Positions 10,414 to 28,628 are shown, counted from the first letter of the stretch. The stretch: DNA of 64,000 bases from Epithemia pelagica (GCA_946965045.2 OX337229.1:1116001-1180000), one strand, 5' to 3'. Numbers and translations: made by a program. Notes: generated by a model from the letters alone, not told the origin.

Positions 10414-12264
10414 ATGGTGAATTCCACCTCAACGCCTGCTCCAGAAAGTTCGGTAGACACAGAACAGGCCTCATCACCCACAAAGCGACGTAGAACCAAA
10501 AGTCCAGCACAAAAGAGCTCCAAAACGACAAGGACGACAACCAAGTCAACCCCTCCAAAATCGGCCACCACAGGTACTTCTGCCGCCAAGAGACGTTCCA
10601 GTACCTCAGCGGGAACGAAAGCTCCCAAAACTAACAATGTCGTGGCACCTTCTCATGTACTGGTCATGGATAATGGTGGAGATACGATCAAGTTCGGCTG
10701 GAGTACGGATACCGAGCCTCGATGCGTGCCGAATGTGACAGCGCGGTTGCAACAACAATGGACAGTGTTGGTTGCGGATCAACTGTCTCAGATTCAAAAT
10801 CCAAATCAACTTATTGGAGTCACTCGATCGATGGAACGAGGTGTGATTGTCAACATGGGAAACCAAGTGCAAGTATGGAAACGAATCTTGGATCTACTGG
10901 GCGTCAACCTTTCCAGCACAATCAACCCTGATACAGCACAAGCCTTTGGGTGGAAACTGGGTGCAAAGAAGAACCAACAACAAAATTTGCAGAAACAGGC
11001 TCTCCCTATACCCCACATTCCGCCACACACATGTGCCGTCCTTTTGTCCGTACCACCCCTTTGTCCACGGGCGGTCTTGGACCAAATTGTATCGGTATGG
11101 ATGCAAGAGTTTGGCTTTGCTCATGTTGGATTGTGTACAGGTCCATTACTGTCGTCTCGTACACTCGTTCAAGACAATAAGTATCAAACAGCGTGTATGG
11201 TAGACCTCGGATGGTCCGCAACCCACATTGTTCCAACCATCGCGGGTCGTTTGGTACCACAGCCAAACGACGCTTCACCCAACAATTCGGTGGTTCGTCG
11301 ACTTGCTCTCGGTGCGCGTCATTTGATCAAAATATGGCAATATCATTGTAGCTATCGTCAATGGAATCTCATGGACCAAGAATTCATTCTTCGAGAGTGC
11401 TTGGAACAAACCGGCTATATGTCAATGGACTACAAGGGTGATATGCAGGAAGCCAGGAAATGGCCATTGGGGCTTCGACCCTATGATCGGTACGTGCTTT
11501 TACCCGACTATCAAAACACATTTGAAATGAGTTTTCAGATTCCACCGCCCCTACAACAAAGGCTAAAAAATGAACGGGATGGAAAAGACAATGCAGAGGA
11601 GGAGGATGATGATGACGACTCATCCGATGAAGATGTTCGGGAGGAAGATATGAATGAAGAGGATATTGAAGAAGACGAGGGAGATGATAATGATGATGAG
11701 GGAAAAGAAACAAAAAATAAGATTTCAGACCAGGACGAAGAAGACGACGATGATGAAGACGAGGATGCACTACGCGAACGACTATTAAAGGAACGAGCTG
11801 CAGAAGAAAAACGAAAGCAACTACTAAAGGAAGAGCAGCAAGTTTTAAGAATTTCCGTGGAACGATTTGCAATCCCAGAAGCGCTTTTCCGCCCATCAGA
11901 CGTTGGTTTACCAATGGATTGGGCAGGTCTTGCCTCTGTAATTCACCATTCTATCCAAGCGTGTCCAGATTATCTACACGCTGCCATGTATCGCTCAGTT
12001 TACTTGGTGGGTGGTCTTTCTCTGCTAAAGAATTTGAAAGAGTCATTGGAGATCAAACTTCGAGCACTGGTTCCCTGTGAATATAATATTGTTGTTACGG
12101 CAGTGCCCAACGCGATATACCATTGTTGGAACGCAATGAAAGCACTGGCGAGAGAAGACAGCCATGACAAATGGAGCTCAAGTCGTGATGAATGGGAAGC
12201 CATGTCTCGTCGAGGGGTGTGGAGATCGCACACGGTTCATCAAGGAGGAATCCATCTCATCTGA
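10414..12264 (+). CDS. ARP6: Actin-related protein 6 (SWR1 complex)
   Basis: Actin fold motifs VMDNGGDTIKFG, MVDLGWSATHIVP, ISVERFAIPEALFRPSDVG, VYLVGGLS; long acidic insertion; likely ATG 10414. Confidence 0.85.
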   Translation: MVNSTSTPAPESSVDTEQASSPTKRRRTKSPAQKSSKTTRTTTKSTPPKSATTGTSAAKRRSSTSAGTKAPKTNNVVAPSHVLVMDNGGDTIKFGWSTDTEPRCVPNVTARLQQQWTVLVADQLSQIQNPNQLIGVTRSMERGVIVNMGNQVQVWKRILDLLGVNLSSTINPDTAQAFGWKLGAKKNQQQNLQKQALPIPHIPPHTCAVLLSVPPLCPRAVLDQIVSVWMQEFGFAHVGLCTGPLLSSRTLVQDNKYQTACMVDLGWSATHIVPTIAGRLVPQPNDASPNNSVVRRLALGARHLIKIWQYHCSYRQWNLMDQEFILRECLEQTGYMSMDYKGDMQEARKWPLGLRPYDRYVLLPDYQNTFEMSFQIPPPLQQRLKNERDGKDNAEEEDDDDDSSDEDVREEDMNEEDIEEDEGDDNDDEGKETKNKISDQDEEDDDDEDEDALRERLLKERAAEEKRKQLLKEEQQVLRISVERFAIPEALFRPSDVGLPMDWAGLASVIHHSIQACPDYLHAAMYRSVYLVGGLSLLKNLKESLEIKLRALVPCEYNIVVTAVPNAIYHCWNAMKALAREDSHDKWSSSRDEWEAMSRRGVWRSHTVHQGGIHLI

Positions 12265-12751
12265 ATTGCCCAAGGATAATCGACTCATTTTGTGGGGCAT
12301 CTATTCGATGTCAAAGTGATCGAAACAATTGTTGTGGCAAGGTCTCAAAGGAAGTCAGCAAATCCTCTACAAACCCATAAATATTTCATCACAAAGACTA
12401 GAAGCCAATCTTGATGACAGCCTTAATGATGTATGCTTCGGATGGAAGATGAAGAACCCATGGAGAAATCTTGATCACGTTTAGTTCCATGATAGCTGTA
12501 GCTTTTGTTGGAAGATGCTGGACTCATATTTCGTAAAAACGGACATTCCCTGGATTGTGAACTGGAGGTGGCAGTAGGCAGTAGACTAGGAGTACGGAGG
12601 TAGTCAAGGTAGAACTGCCCCCCATCAGGATTGCGGGGCGTTTTCATCTTTCTACCCCCGATTGATTTTTGAAAAAATGAGCCTCCCCCGTTCCACTGGA
12701 CGATGAGCAAATACAAAAGCATTAGACGATTTGTACGATAACGGATCGATC

Positions 12752-13661
12752 ATGAGCGCCAAAGGTCAGAGACTTCCAAGACCGTCTACTCCACCTGGTA
12801 TACCACCAGAGACTGCCTTCCGGCCAAAGTCAAAATTGAGCTATGGAGTTGTGTGTTCTTCGAACATCAATCGTTCAATGGAGGCTCACGTCGTTCTGGG
12901 CAATGCCGGTATGTACACATGACACATGACGCCGTCATGAAGCTTGATGATTTGGCCCTCATCTTTCCTTCCTTCTGTTCAGGACTGCGGGTGGAAAGCT
13001 ATGGGACTGGAACACAAGTGAGGTGGGACTTGTTTCTACTATGTTAGAACGTTATATTTGGTATTTACTCACCCACAACTGTGTTATCTGCAGATTACCC
13101 GGTCGAACTGCAATGGAACCTCGAATTTTCAAGTTTGGCACCCCTTACGAAGGTACGTAAATGCTTGTTTGGACAGTGAGATCTGTGACCATAATGCTCA
13201 GGATCAAAACACTCCCCCCCCCCCCGGCAGAGATGTACCAATCACTTGCGGTAACCCCTGAGGATGCTGCATATTTCACTCGAAATGGAGTAATGCAATT
13301 ATGTCAACGTGGAGCGGCCGTCAAAAGAGCTCCTCAGAGATGGCAAGATGTAAGTTCAGAGGAAGTTTCAAAACACAACGTTGTGATTGCGTTTGAGGAA
13401 CGTATTTTTGATGCGGTTATGGAGGACTTGCAGTTACGCCAGCCAACGGAAGATTTCAAACCGATCCATGTAATCTGCCTAGACACCAAAGACAATCCTC
13501 ACGAAGCGGCGCGACAAGGTCTTGTCGCCTTGCGACTATGCTGGATGTTGGAACATTCAGAGCAGCTCGATATTGAAGCAGCTGAGATCATTGATAAATT
13601 TCAACAAGAAAGAGAAAAAGAAACAAACGTGAAAATTCTTTATCAAGTGTGCTATCTTTGA
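12752..13661 (+). CDS. SSU72: RNA polymerase II CTD phosphatase SSU72 (4 exons)
   Basis: Catalytic VVCSSNINRSMEAH, ESYGTGTQVRLPG, FGTPYE, KRAPQRWQ; GT-AG introns at 12909-12982, 13023-13093 and 13153-13230 restore the frame. Confidence 0.95.
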
Positions 13662-15453
13662 TTCGTTTGCCCTCGGGCCTTCAGAAAAAGTCTATCACAA
13701 AAGTTCTCATGGAACAGCTATGATGAGGAAGGAGGTTTCGGAGCATTCGTTCCAACACCGTTCATCGCATACCCATTGCGGGACTACTAATAACAAACAA
13801 CACGTGGAAATCCCGGTGTTCATACGGATACAAACTAAATGGTGCACTCCGTCATGCTCGTAAAGCTTTTGTCGTATTTGTTGTAGTATGTTCAGCATTT
13901 ATTCCCATTCTGAGATGTGTGTGTTACAGTGTTCGGTCCTCGCTCTACGAGTTTTAAGAGTACACGATCCGTCTACACTCAACTCATAGAGTCCTTCATG
14001 TTGGATGCTGGATGTTGAATCCCGCCCCGCATAATATTATAGGCGTCGGCAGTCGGTATGTGCTTTCTCTTTTTGTCGTGCGCCTTGTCATTTGTCATGT
14101 CAGTTTGGGATTAGGTAAGCAACCCTTCTACGATGAAATCTCTGTCATCTCCCACCAACACTCACCGCTACCATACGTGCTTTAGTCGGCCAACCTATTC
14201 GTAACTAATCATTGAAAAGAAACAAAGCCGCGTTACGCCATGGATGGTTCTGACAAATCGATATCTCTGCAAGACAACGAGATAGCATTCTGAATCTGCT
14301 AGTAGGATTCGGAGTTATAGATGATCACCTCTACTACTCCATTTTATGTAGGACAGTTGTGTTGGAGCGTCAATGAGCTTTGTCCATATCGTTGAAAGTA
14401 TCGTCAGTGAAGCTTGGAACGAAGACATTAGAGACCATCGTACGATATTATATGGAATCCAAAACAGAATTATGCTTCAATTGATGGCAGTGGCAGCTGG
14501 AGGGTTTATCAACACCCTCTTGTCTCCTTCTAGCTAGTAGAGCCAAAGATCGAACAGATTGTCTGATGACATGGAGCATGACGCCTGTCTAGGTGAACGA
14601 AGCAGTACCGTACATGACTCCCACTTGTCGTTCTGCATGGGACTGTGATACACAGGACCGTCTATTTTTCGTAGTCCCGGTGATACGAAATCAACACCAC
14701 GGGATGAATATGAATGGTGCCAAGTGGGAGCATTGTGTTTCTAAAGTACGTCTCAGATGTCCGTTGGTGTTACCTCCCAGTTCATTTTGGAGCTGGAAAG
14801 GCCCGCCTCCGCCGCCTTCTCCTTGTTCCCTCCAACAGATGCGTCAAGTTTACAGCACGAATGCAGCTGGGAGTTTGAACTGACAATCGAACGGCCCTGC
14901 CCGACAACTCCAGTAATATTTTTCGTGAAGGCGGGCGCGGAGTGTTTTTGAACGTCAAACGTTGAGCCATAAAAAATTCATACTTAGGAGGAGACATGTA
15001 CTCAAAGATGTATAGTGAGATGTCAATTACCCGGTGCATATTCTAATCAACATGAGGGGCTTAAGAAAAATACAATCGAAGAAATGCATGTATCCGTCTC
15101 CGCATTCCGCATACACTATCATGTGCTGGCCGGCGCGAGCTTCCGTTGAAACTCGGCTATTGGATTTTCGTGCTTGATTTCAGGCCGTAGAGTCGTTCGT
15201 TGTGCGCATTCGCGGTGCAAGAGAAGCAGAGTCAAGATAGGCAGACACCAATTTCCACAACTAAGGCAACGATAGATGCTCAACGGAGTGTCACTTCTTG
15301 TCTGCCAGATTGGAAGCAATCACCCATTTAACCTCGACGATTACAACTGAGATTCATTGAAAGTCAAGGAACGATTACTACTTGATTTGAACGCATTCAT
15401 TGCCTTGTAGAGATTGTTTTGTCGCGTTGCTCATCGGGGTTCCAACTGGCACA

Positions 15454-16480
15454 ATGGGAGACGCTGTATCAACTCTTCTCTTCCAACCTCCTCCTCCTTC
15501 AAAACTGAAAGAGCACAAAATCGTGTGGCTGAACACAAGGAGAGGAACGAAAATACCGGGATTCTATATCTCATACCGCCGTGAGGAAGGGGTGGAGCAC
15601 TGTCGCTCCCTGGCTGCTACAGACATAAAAGACTCCGATCCAACACAAGGTATAACGATATTATACTCTCACGCCAACGCAGAAGACTTGGGCTCTATCT
15701 ACCCATGGTGCAAGTTTCTGAGTAAGATGCTACGGGTAAACCTTTTTGCTTACGATTACACTGGCTATGGAATGGCGTTCGAATCAGGTACGTGAAATAT
15801 TTCGGGGGGATAATCCCAAGTCTCAGCTGGCACTGACACTTTCGGTGCTTGTCGTTACAACAGGTCCTCCATCGGAAGAGCATTGTTATGCTGACATTGA
15901 AGCAGCATATGGCTATTTGCGAAACACCTTAAAAATTCCATCGCGCAACATTGTTCTCTATGGCAGATCACTTGGGTCGGGTCCTTCGTGCTATCTCGCT
16001 GTACAATCTGCAAAGCAAGATTCTGATACGCATTCTGAAGCAGAGCCTGTTGGTGGACTTATTTTACATGCACCCTTCATGTCTGTGTTCCGGGTAGTGC
16101 TTGAAACAGGGTGTACCTTGCCTGGGGACAAGTTTCCAAATGTAGATCTTCTTCCAATGGTAGAGTCACCGACAATTCTTGTACATGGAACGAACGACCA
16201 AATAGTTCCATTCAACCATTCTGAGCGGTTGTACGAAACAATAAAGGAGAAATGCCGAGCAAGACCAATCTATATTGAGGGAATGTCGCACAACAACGTG
16301 CATTCCCAAGTGCGGCCTCTTTTCTGCAACCGCCTAGCCGAATACCTCGAGGAGCATGTATGGCCTTCTATCAGTGGGGTACAGAACAACGCAGTCACAT
16401 CAAGAGGTAGAACAAGAATCTCTGACTTGGTTGACCATGAGCTGGATTACAACGATGATGACTATAACCAACGACAGTAG
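15454..16480 (+). CDS. ABHD17-like alpha/beta hydrolase (2 exons)
   Basis: ILYSHANAEDLG, YDYTGYG, nucleophile LYGRSLGSGP, HGTNDQIVP, SHNN triad; intron 15788-15863. Confidence 0.9.
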
Positions 16481-17163
16481 TTCTGGAGCTACAAATCTAA
16501 CTGGATTGTATCAAGTGATAATCGACCCTTACTGGACTCTATGAAGCATCTCGGGGTCTCCGATAACAAACTCTGTAATATTAGAATACCATTTCCAAGT
16601 CTCTGTCTTGGGTTCATCATTACGAGCAAAGAGTTGATGTCAGCATACAATAGGTGCCGATGGCAATTCCTCCGACACAGCAACTTCTCGATCCTGGACT
16701 AAAGCCCAAGTCTTTCGCCGAGGCCACAAAGGGAATGTAAAAGAGGAAGGCACGTGCTACATGATGATGGAGCACCTCGTTAATTAACCCTCTCCAAATA
16801 TTCTTTCAACGCCTATCTGCCAATTAGGTAGGTGTAGTTTGTAGTTTGTAGTTTGTTTTACCGGCAAGGGAAGTCTACGGCATTGACTTGGCGCACCTTA
16901 CGATAACTCATTTTCAGGAACTCATCCATCTACAGTTCCTTTTACGGTTGATTTACTCTACCTACTCCAGCAAGTAGGAGTAGATCTACTAGAGCCAAAA
17001 ACGCTACCCGCGCACCCCCCAGCCCCCCCACACCCAGACTCCAGACCACTCGCATTGCGGGACTGGAGTACCTGGGACTGGAGTCTAGTGACGACCCTGA
17101 CGGCTGGCAGGCTTCATTTTTTCAACCCACAGAAACAACAACGAACAATGCGTCGCTACGAAT

Positions 17164-18219
17164 ATGGTTAGGAGAAAGTCGTCTCATTCTCGTCATCAAG
17201 AGGGTTCCAGAAGATGGAAGACGCCTCCAAAGCTAAAGATTGTCGCTGTTTACTGCTTCAGCTTTTTTTGTACATCATTATGGCTAATGACACAACTTCC
17301 GCATAGTCCACGAAGTCGCAGGCCTCATCGGCGACGTTCCGGAGAATACGGAAAACGCCAGAGACCGGAGGTTCGACCAGGTGATTTTCGAGGGCTAAAG
17401 CTCTTGGCCTATGGCGACTCGTCATATCAGTATGGCTGGGATGTTGCTCCCGTTGTCATTTGGTCTCATAAATTGATATTTTGGACCATCCCCAAAGTTG
17501 CTTGTACTGTGTTCAAGAAAGCTTTTCGCCGCCTAGAAGGCTACAACGATTGGATGATTGAAAACAACGTGTTGCCTCATAATCCTTCCTCGAACGGCTT
17601 GAACTATCTGTTTCACTTCAAACCCTTCGAAGCTGATGACATGTTGACTGACAAACAGTGGACTCGTGCGATTTTTGTTCGAGATCCAAAGGAGCGACTC
17701 TTATCGGCATACTTGGATAAGGTTGTGTCAAATCACAGCTACTATATCCGTCACCGCTGCTGTAGAATCAAGTCGATTGAGACCCTGTTGGAATGTGACA
17801 AATTTCGTGCGAGTGTGCTTCATTCAGAAAAGGTGGAGCTGTCCACCCCTGCGGTGACATTTGAGCAGTTTCTCAAGTATGTGTATCCCGACTGCTCCGA
17901 TCCTCATTGGATACCTCAGGCGGACCGTATTCCGGACAACTATTGGCAGTTTATCAACTTTGTGGGTCACGTGGACAGAGTGAAAGAAGATTCTGAGACC
18001 TTGTTCAAACGAGTTGGTGCTTGGGAGAAACTTGATTCGTCCGAATGGCCCTCCGGATCTATGTTTTCTGAGACCAATGCACATCATGCAACTTTTGCAA
18101 AAAGTAAAATGAAGGAATATTATACTCCTGAACTGGAGGCAATTGTTGAGCGAATTCACCGAGCCGATTATCGCCATCCATTCCTAAACTTGTCTCTGGT
18201 GCGCTACACGGCAACATGA
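17164..18219 (+). CDS. Golgi-type carbohydrate sulfotransferase (Sulfotransfer_2 family)
   Basis: Type II anchor (IVAVYCFSFFCTSLWLM), 5'-PSB motif WTIPKVACTVFK, 3'-PB motif FVRDPKERLLSAYLDK, HWIPQ, FVGH. Confidence 0.9.
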   Translation: MVRRKSSHSRHQEGSRRWKTPPKLKIVAVYCFSFFCTSLWLMTQLPHSPRSRRPHRRRSGEYGKRQRPEVRPGDFRGLKLLAYGDSSYQYGWDVAPVVIWSHKLIFWTIPKVACTVFKKAFRRLEGYNDWMIENNVLPHNPSSNGLNYLFHFKPFEADDMLTDKQWTRAIFVRDPKERLLSAYLDKVVSNHSYYIRHRCCRIKSIETLLECDKFRASVLHSEKVELSTPAVTFEQFLKYVYPDCSDPHWIPQADRIPDNYWQFINFVGHVDRVKEDSETLFKRVGAWEKLDSSEWPSGSMFSETNAHHATFAKSKMKEYYTPELEAIVERIHRADYRHPFLNLSLVRYTAT

Positions 18220-18912
18220 ATATAAATGTTATACAGTGAACGCGAAACAAAGATATCTCCTGCAACCGAGGTCAGCAAAGATTCGCCGGGACCTTGAACA
18301 ACGCCAAGCTGCTGTTCCATTGTGGTTCTAATGGCCAAATGTGGTATGCGGTAAGTGATACCAGCACCAATCCGCTCTCTTACTGAATTGTCTGAGATTG
18401 ATGTCAGAGCATAGATTCGGTATATTGCAGCATTTGTCGTCCCCCTCTTGATTACGAGTTCTCTCCCCATTCCCAATACAGACTCCTTTGCTCCCCTACT
18501 GGTTTGGATGGAAACGAGGGAGGGCATGTCGCCGATTATACATGTTGCACTCCTGTGTGTGTGTGTTGGAACCGGATGGAACAGTGGGTCCCAACCAACA
18601 CACACATGACGACGACGACGAAAAGGGGGAAATAGATTGGGGAGTAGTAGTCTAGCTAGGAGAAGCAATAGCAGGCATGCAAAAGAAAGCATACTCCCAA
18701 GAACAAATGCGAGGTCGCTTGTAGTTCGCTCATTCTTTTTTAATATCGTTAAAGCCCACTCTCCAGCGTCACGTTTCCTTGAACCGCGTGGAAGTACATG
18801 GAATGCTACTCCAATCCATCTCCATCCTCCGAAGACAGAGTACCGTCATCACATAACCTGCAACCCGTTGATAGAAGTGGAGCCTGTTTCTGGTGCCCTT
18901 CGCTAGTTGAAA

Positions 18913-24222
<5,310 letters not shown>

Positions 24223-24317
24223 TATATCCACCCTTCGAATTAAAAGCTTTCACCTAAGGAAGGGGATCATCACACGGAGTAGTTCAATGAAATTTTCTAG
24301 ATGATGTAACCCAAGTA

Positions 24318-27300
24318 TCAATAACCCGCCCTCTGATGAGTCGGGTAGAGTTTCTTCGATGCCAACTGAATCAATGATTTTGCGCCCTTGAGCCAATCCT
24401 TCTGAGTTTTCCAATCGCTGTTAACGAGCGAAGTTTGCATCGCAGAAGCTGTCGGGAAATCGCGATTAACCAGGGCCGTGGCAAGGTTGGAAATCCGTCC
24501 ATTCAGTTCGTCCGACAGAGCACCACGTGCAAGCTTTTTGATACAAATAGTGATACCTTTCTCAGCTTCCGAAAGTTGTCTTTTGTCAGCAGGCGACATT
24601 GAAGGATCTCCTTTTAGCGTTTCAATGACGTTGAAAAAAGCATTCCGAATACCGGCAACATCATCTTGTAGGGCAATGGAGTCTAAATTCGGTGTTGATG
24701 AGATAGGGGCTTGTTCTTTGCTCGGTGTCGCGACACCGGCAGTAGCGGCCGCTGCAGTTCCAGGTCGTTCCGCTCCTCCATATGGATTACCGGTACCTAC
24801 ATTCCCGTACTGGAAGGCCAACTTCGGGTCCGACGCTGATGAAACAAATCCATCACCGTACTTAGAGGCCAACGTTTCCTTTTTTGGTGTTGCTTGTACA
24901 GTGGTGTTCGTCGCCGTTTCATGTGCGGTGGGTTGAGGCTGAGACTGAGGCATGTGTGGTTTCTCCCATGAGCTTTCTCCAGTCGTTTGGTTTGCATAAT
25001 ACGTTTTACCAGTGGATGGATCTTGTAGAGCGACCCATCCTGGGGGCAACGAATCTACGACGGGCTGGCTTTGTACAGCTGCTTGTTGTTGCATATACTG
25101 TTGTTCAGCTTGCTGCTGCTGTTGTTGCAAAGCCTTTTGTCTTTCTTCTTCTTGCTGCTGTTGCTGTTGTCGGTAGGCCTCCTGTTGCTGTTTTTGATAG
25201 TTTTCTGCTTCTCGTTGTTGTTGAGCTGATACTTGACCTCGACTCTGATCAACCGCTACCATGGTATAAGGGAAGTCAGGTGGCGAACCTCCCATTGATG
25301 CCAAGCACTCTTGACTTGCTCGGCCTCTGTAAAGTCGATCCTTCAAAACCCTAGCTTCCATGGATGAGCCACGACAGTACTTTGCAGCCGTCGAGAAGCA
25401 TCCCTGGTCGGCTAGCGCCTTCGCGTATTCAAGAAAATATCCCGCAGTCTCATCCGATAGGTCATTGTTCATCGATTCAGAAGTGGCAATAGCTTTCAGG
25501 AATACATGGACCTTGATAACGAAATGGTGAAGCGCCGTCAAGTCCAACGACCCTGGCTTTCCCCCTTCGCTGCTAGAGTTGCCATTCGCATTTCCTTGGT
25601 TGAGCTGTTGCTTCCAAAACTTGACTGTATCATCTAGACTCAGAGCACACATGTAGCACAAAGAAGCACTGGCAGTGTCCCCAGATTCATCCAATCGTTT
25701 CCCCAGTGCCACGCAAAGACTAGGAAACTGTTCCGATGCACCGTACGTGGACAGCATTGCCAAAGTTTCTTGCCATCTTGATGGGTCGCGTTCTTGAATT
25801 AATTCTTCCATTTGGTTTCGAATCACGGCACGAACAATGGAGAGGTAGGGCCGACTAGAAGATTCAAAGTATCGTTGCTGGGTCTTGGCCCATAGCTCCG
25901 CACCTCCACAGGACGCCAACAGGAGGGCATCTGCCAGATTCCCCGTTTGGAAACATGTTTCAACAGCGGCTTCGAAATTTCCCACCACCAGTGCCCGTTG
26001 CACCAAGTTTTGATCCTTGGCAGACATGGCGCTAGAAGAAGATGTAACACCATTGTTTGTGTCTTGAGCACCGTTGGTGTCGGACCCTTGTTCTGACAAA
26101 CCGAAGTCTCCGCCATTCTTAAATCCTAAATGCTCTAAAAGTGCTTGTCGCGCATTGGTTTCAAACAAGACACATAAGAAGCCCCAAATCTTGGCTTCCG
26201 TCAAGTTTTTCACCAACTGGTGCTCCTGTTGCTGCAGTCGACAGAAATCTCCAATCGATAGGGTACTCAGCTCGTGCTCTAAATGCTTGGAACGGGTGAC
26301 GAGAATGGGTTGCTCTACGACCGTGGATACAGTCACTGTTGTTCCATTCTTTGGACAGGTAAGAAAGGTTCCTCCAAACGAATGTCGGATCGTCGTCGCT
26401 GCTGGTTTCATCCAAGCCGGTGGTCGTCCGGCCCGTGTCGCCAGAGACAAAATCGAATGCGCCTGTACCTTTCGATCCAAGCTACATGTGAGGGCAACGC
26501 CTCGCTTGATGGGCGACCATGCAACTTGATATCTCATATGCTTCTGTCCAAACGAAGATGCCTGAGCAAACAAGGCTGAAGGATTGTTTTGTGCGGCAGC
26601 CGCTTCCGAGGACGAGGTTTCTTGGCCGGCACCATCGTTGGGCAATTCCGCAATGGGTTGAAAGGTCCGAAGGTCCCAGAGAAAGGTCCGTGTATCCTTG
26701 GAAGTGGTCAAGAGCAGTGAGTCATCGTGAGGACACCAGGAAACTTGTAAAATCCCTCCTTGATGACCTGCCATTTGCTGCACCGGCATACTGGTACTGG
26801 CCGCCAAATCCCATACTTTAATGACCGGATTCCGATCGTCGGCACTGGCCGTAAGGAGGTGTAAGCCTTGTTTGGGATTCCAGACAAGATCGGATACCGC
26901 TTGACCTGCTTCAGCCCGCAGTTCACACCAAGCCTTGTGGCCTTTCAAATCCCACACCGACACGGACCCATCTGCTGCTGCCGTTGCTACAATGTGAGCT
27001 ACTTGAGAATTCCAAGCAATGGCCGTGATTTCTGCCTTTTGCGCATGACCGGGTGCCGGCTCTTGGAGTTGAGGATTTGTCGAAGAAAGGTCTACGATCC
27101 AACTCGTTCCATTGGATCCACCGACAGCCAAATGATATGGCTCGAGCGGATTGAAGGCCAAGGCCTTGACTGGACCATTGGAACTGGTTGGCGAGGATAC
27201 TATGAGGCCCTCATTCCCCTCCAACATGGCTGCTGGATCCCAAATATGAACGGTTCCATCCACCATTCCACCAGCTATCAGTCCCATCGAATATTGCTTT

Positions 27301-27702
27301 TGTTCTCCACCATAGAATGTCCATGCAACGGATGCAAAACGAGTGGGAGTTCGAATGGAGGCTACTCGGTCCACGGCATTTTCTCCATCACCAACATTCA
27401 AGTTACTTCCCGCAAAACTAAAGTCATAAATTTCTAGTTCTCCTCCAGTATCTTCAAATCCTGCAGCACCGGAATCCTATTAGCATCGATGAAAATAATG
27501 GCAAGGGAGCCAAAGTTAGACATGTATGGAACACCGATTTTATTGCGCCGTGGTGGCATTTGGACGAATCGAACACAATGCCCTTGGCGAGAGAAGAATG
27601 AGAACTTACCTTAGTTCCAAGAACAACAAGATCGGGCTTGCTTTGTATAGGTGACCATGCAGCGCATGCTGCTCGATCTTGGATCTCTCGAATCAATGTC
27701 AT
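24318..27702 (-). CDS. SEC31: COPII outer coat protein Sec31 (2 exons)
   Basis: MTLIREIQDRAACAAWSP start, intron 27477-27609, WD40 repeats (RFASVAW, VSDLVWNP, GILQVSWCPHD), ACE1 region (ALVVGNFEAAV..C...ADALLLA), WW-like LPPGWVALQDPSTGKTYYAN, C-terminal helical domain. Confidence 0.95.
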
Positions 27703-27917
27703 TGTCAAAAGAGACCGTTTGTCGCCAACACAATGCCCAATGGGCGAAAAAAAAACACGCGCCGTGCCCCAAATCTTCAATCGGGAACGCGCAGAACAGC
27801 GACTCGCATGGATCGCGCCTTACAGACTACAGATCGCGGTCCGTCATTCGGCCGTCTCCCCCTTTTCTCTCTCCCCCTTTTCCAGACCCGCACCTCTCCT
27901 CACTTCTTGGTCTCAAA

Positions 27918-28628
27918 ATGACGCAACACATCCAAAGCGGAGTTATGATGTGGATATCGTCGATAAGGCATTGTATCCCTCGGTCTCCTTTGAAAAGATT
28001 GGTGCCCCGCTGTGCAACGCTTGAGCGACAGTGGGTTGCATCTCGATTCGCATCCAGTGGTTCCTCGCGAAAGAACAACAACAACAAGGATCCAAACTGG
28101 TCGACGCTTGTCGCGTCTGCATCCGCAGTGACGATTCTGGCAGCCTATATTGCGTATTCTGGTATTCTGTCGCCAAAACAGGTTGGAGAGGAACAGCGAG
28201 AGCAGCATCCACCTCCTCCAGCCAAATTCTTAAAGATTGCCAAGAAAACCTCGGAACTCTGCCAAGATTTTCTATCCATTGTGTCGGATGAAGAGAAACC
28301 GGATTCCCTCCAGCGGATCGATCACTTGCTTTCCATGATAGAGACGGATCGTCAGAAAGTTTACCGTCATGAATGGAATGCCGTTGCGAACGACGAAGTG
28401 GCTCAGTCCATGACGGAACGAAATCGTACTCTGCTGCGGAAACACTTGCTGCATCAACAAAATTTGGTCCAACTCCTCACCTGTGAGCAAGCGCCAAGAT
28501 CATCGAAAAACATGTGCGAAGAAGTGACGGGACGGACACTCAATGATAATGAGCTGAATGAAGCCCGAGTCGTGGGTCAAGAAGAGTTTCAGCGCTTCAA
28601 GAAGAAAATCTTGCAATCCCTCCAATAA
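27918..28628 (+). CDS. Uncharacterised, probably mitochondrial, single-pass protein
   Basis: Arg/Ser-rich presequence-like N-terminus (..VASRFASSGSS), one TM (TLVASASAVTILAAYIAYSGIL), helical C-terminus; divergent from SEC31. Confidence 0.6.
   Translation: MTQHIQSGVMMWISSIRHCIPRSPLKRLVPRCATLERQWVASRFASSGSSRKNNNNKDPNWSTLVASASAVTILAAYIAYSGILSPKQVGEEQREQHPPPPAKFLKIAKKTSELCQDFLSIVSDEEKPDSLQRIDHLLSMIETDRQKVYRHEWNAVANDEVAQSMTERNRTLLRKHLLHQQNLVQLLTCEQAPRSSKNMCEEVTGRTLNDNELNEARVVGQEEFQRFKKKILQSLQ

Noticed and set aside
13213-13225. Poly-C run
   Set aside because: Lies inside SSU72 intron 3; no coding consequence.
13719-13915. ATGATGA ... CTGA as a possible C/D snoRNA
   Set aside because: Boxes are about 190 nt apart with no terminal stem or recognisable rRNA guide.
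18554-18606. 12-bp stem tgtgtgtgttgg / ccaacacacaca upstream of ISWI
   Set aside because: Mostly explained by opposing (TG)n/(CA)n microsatellites.
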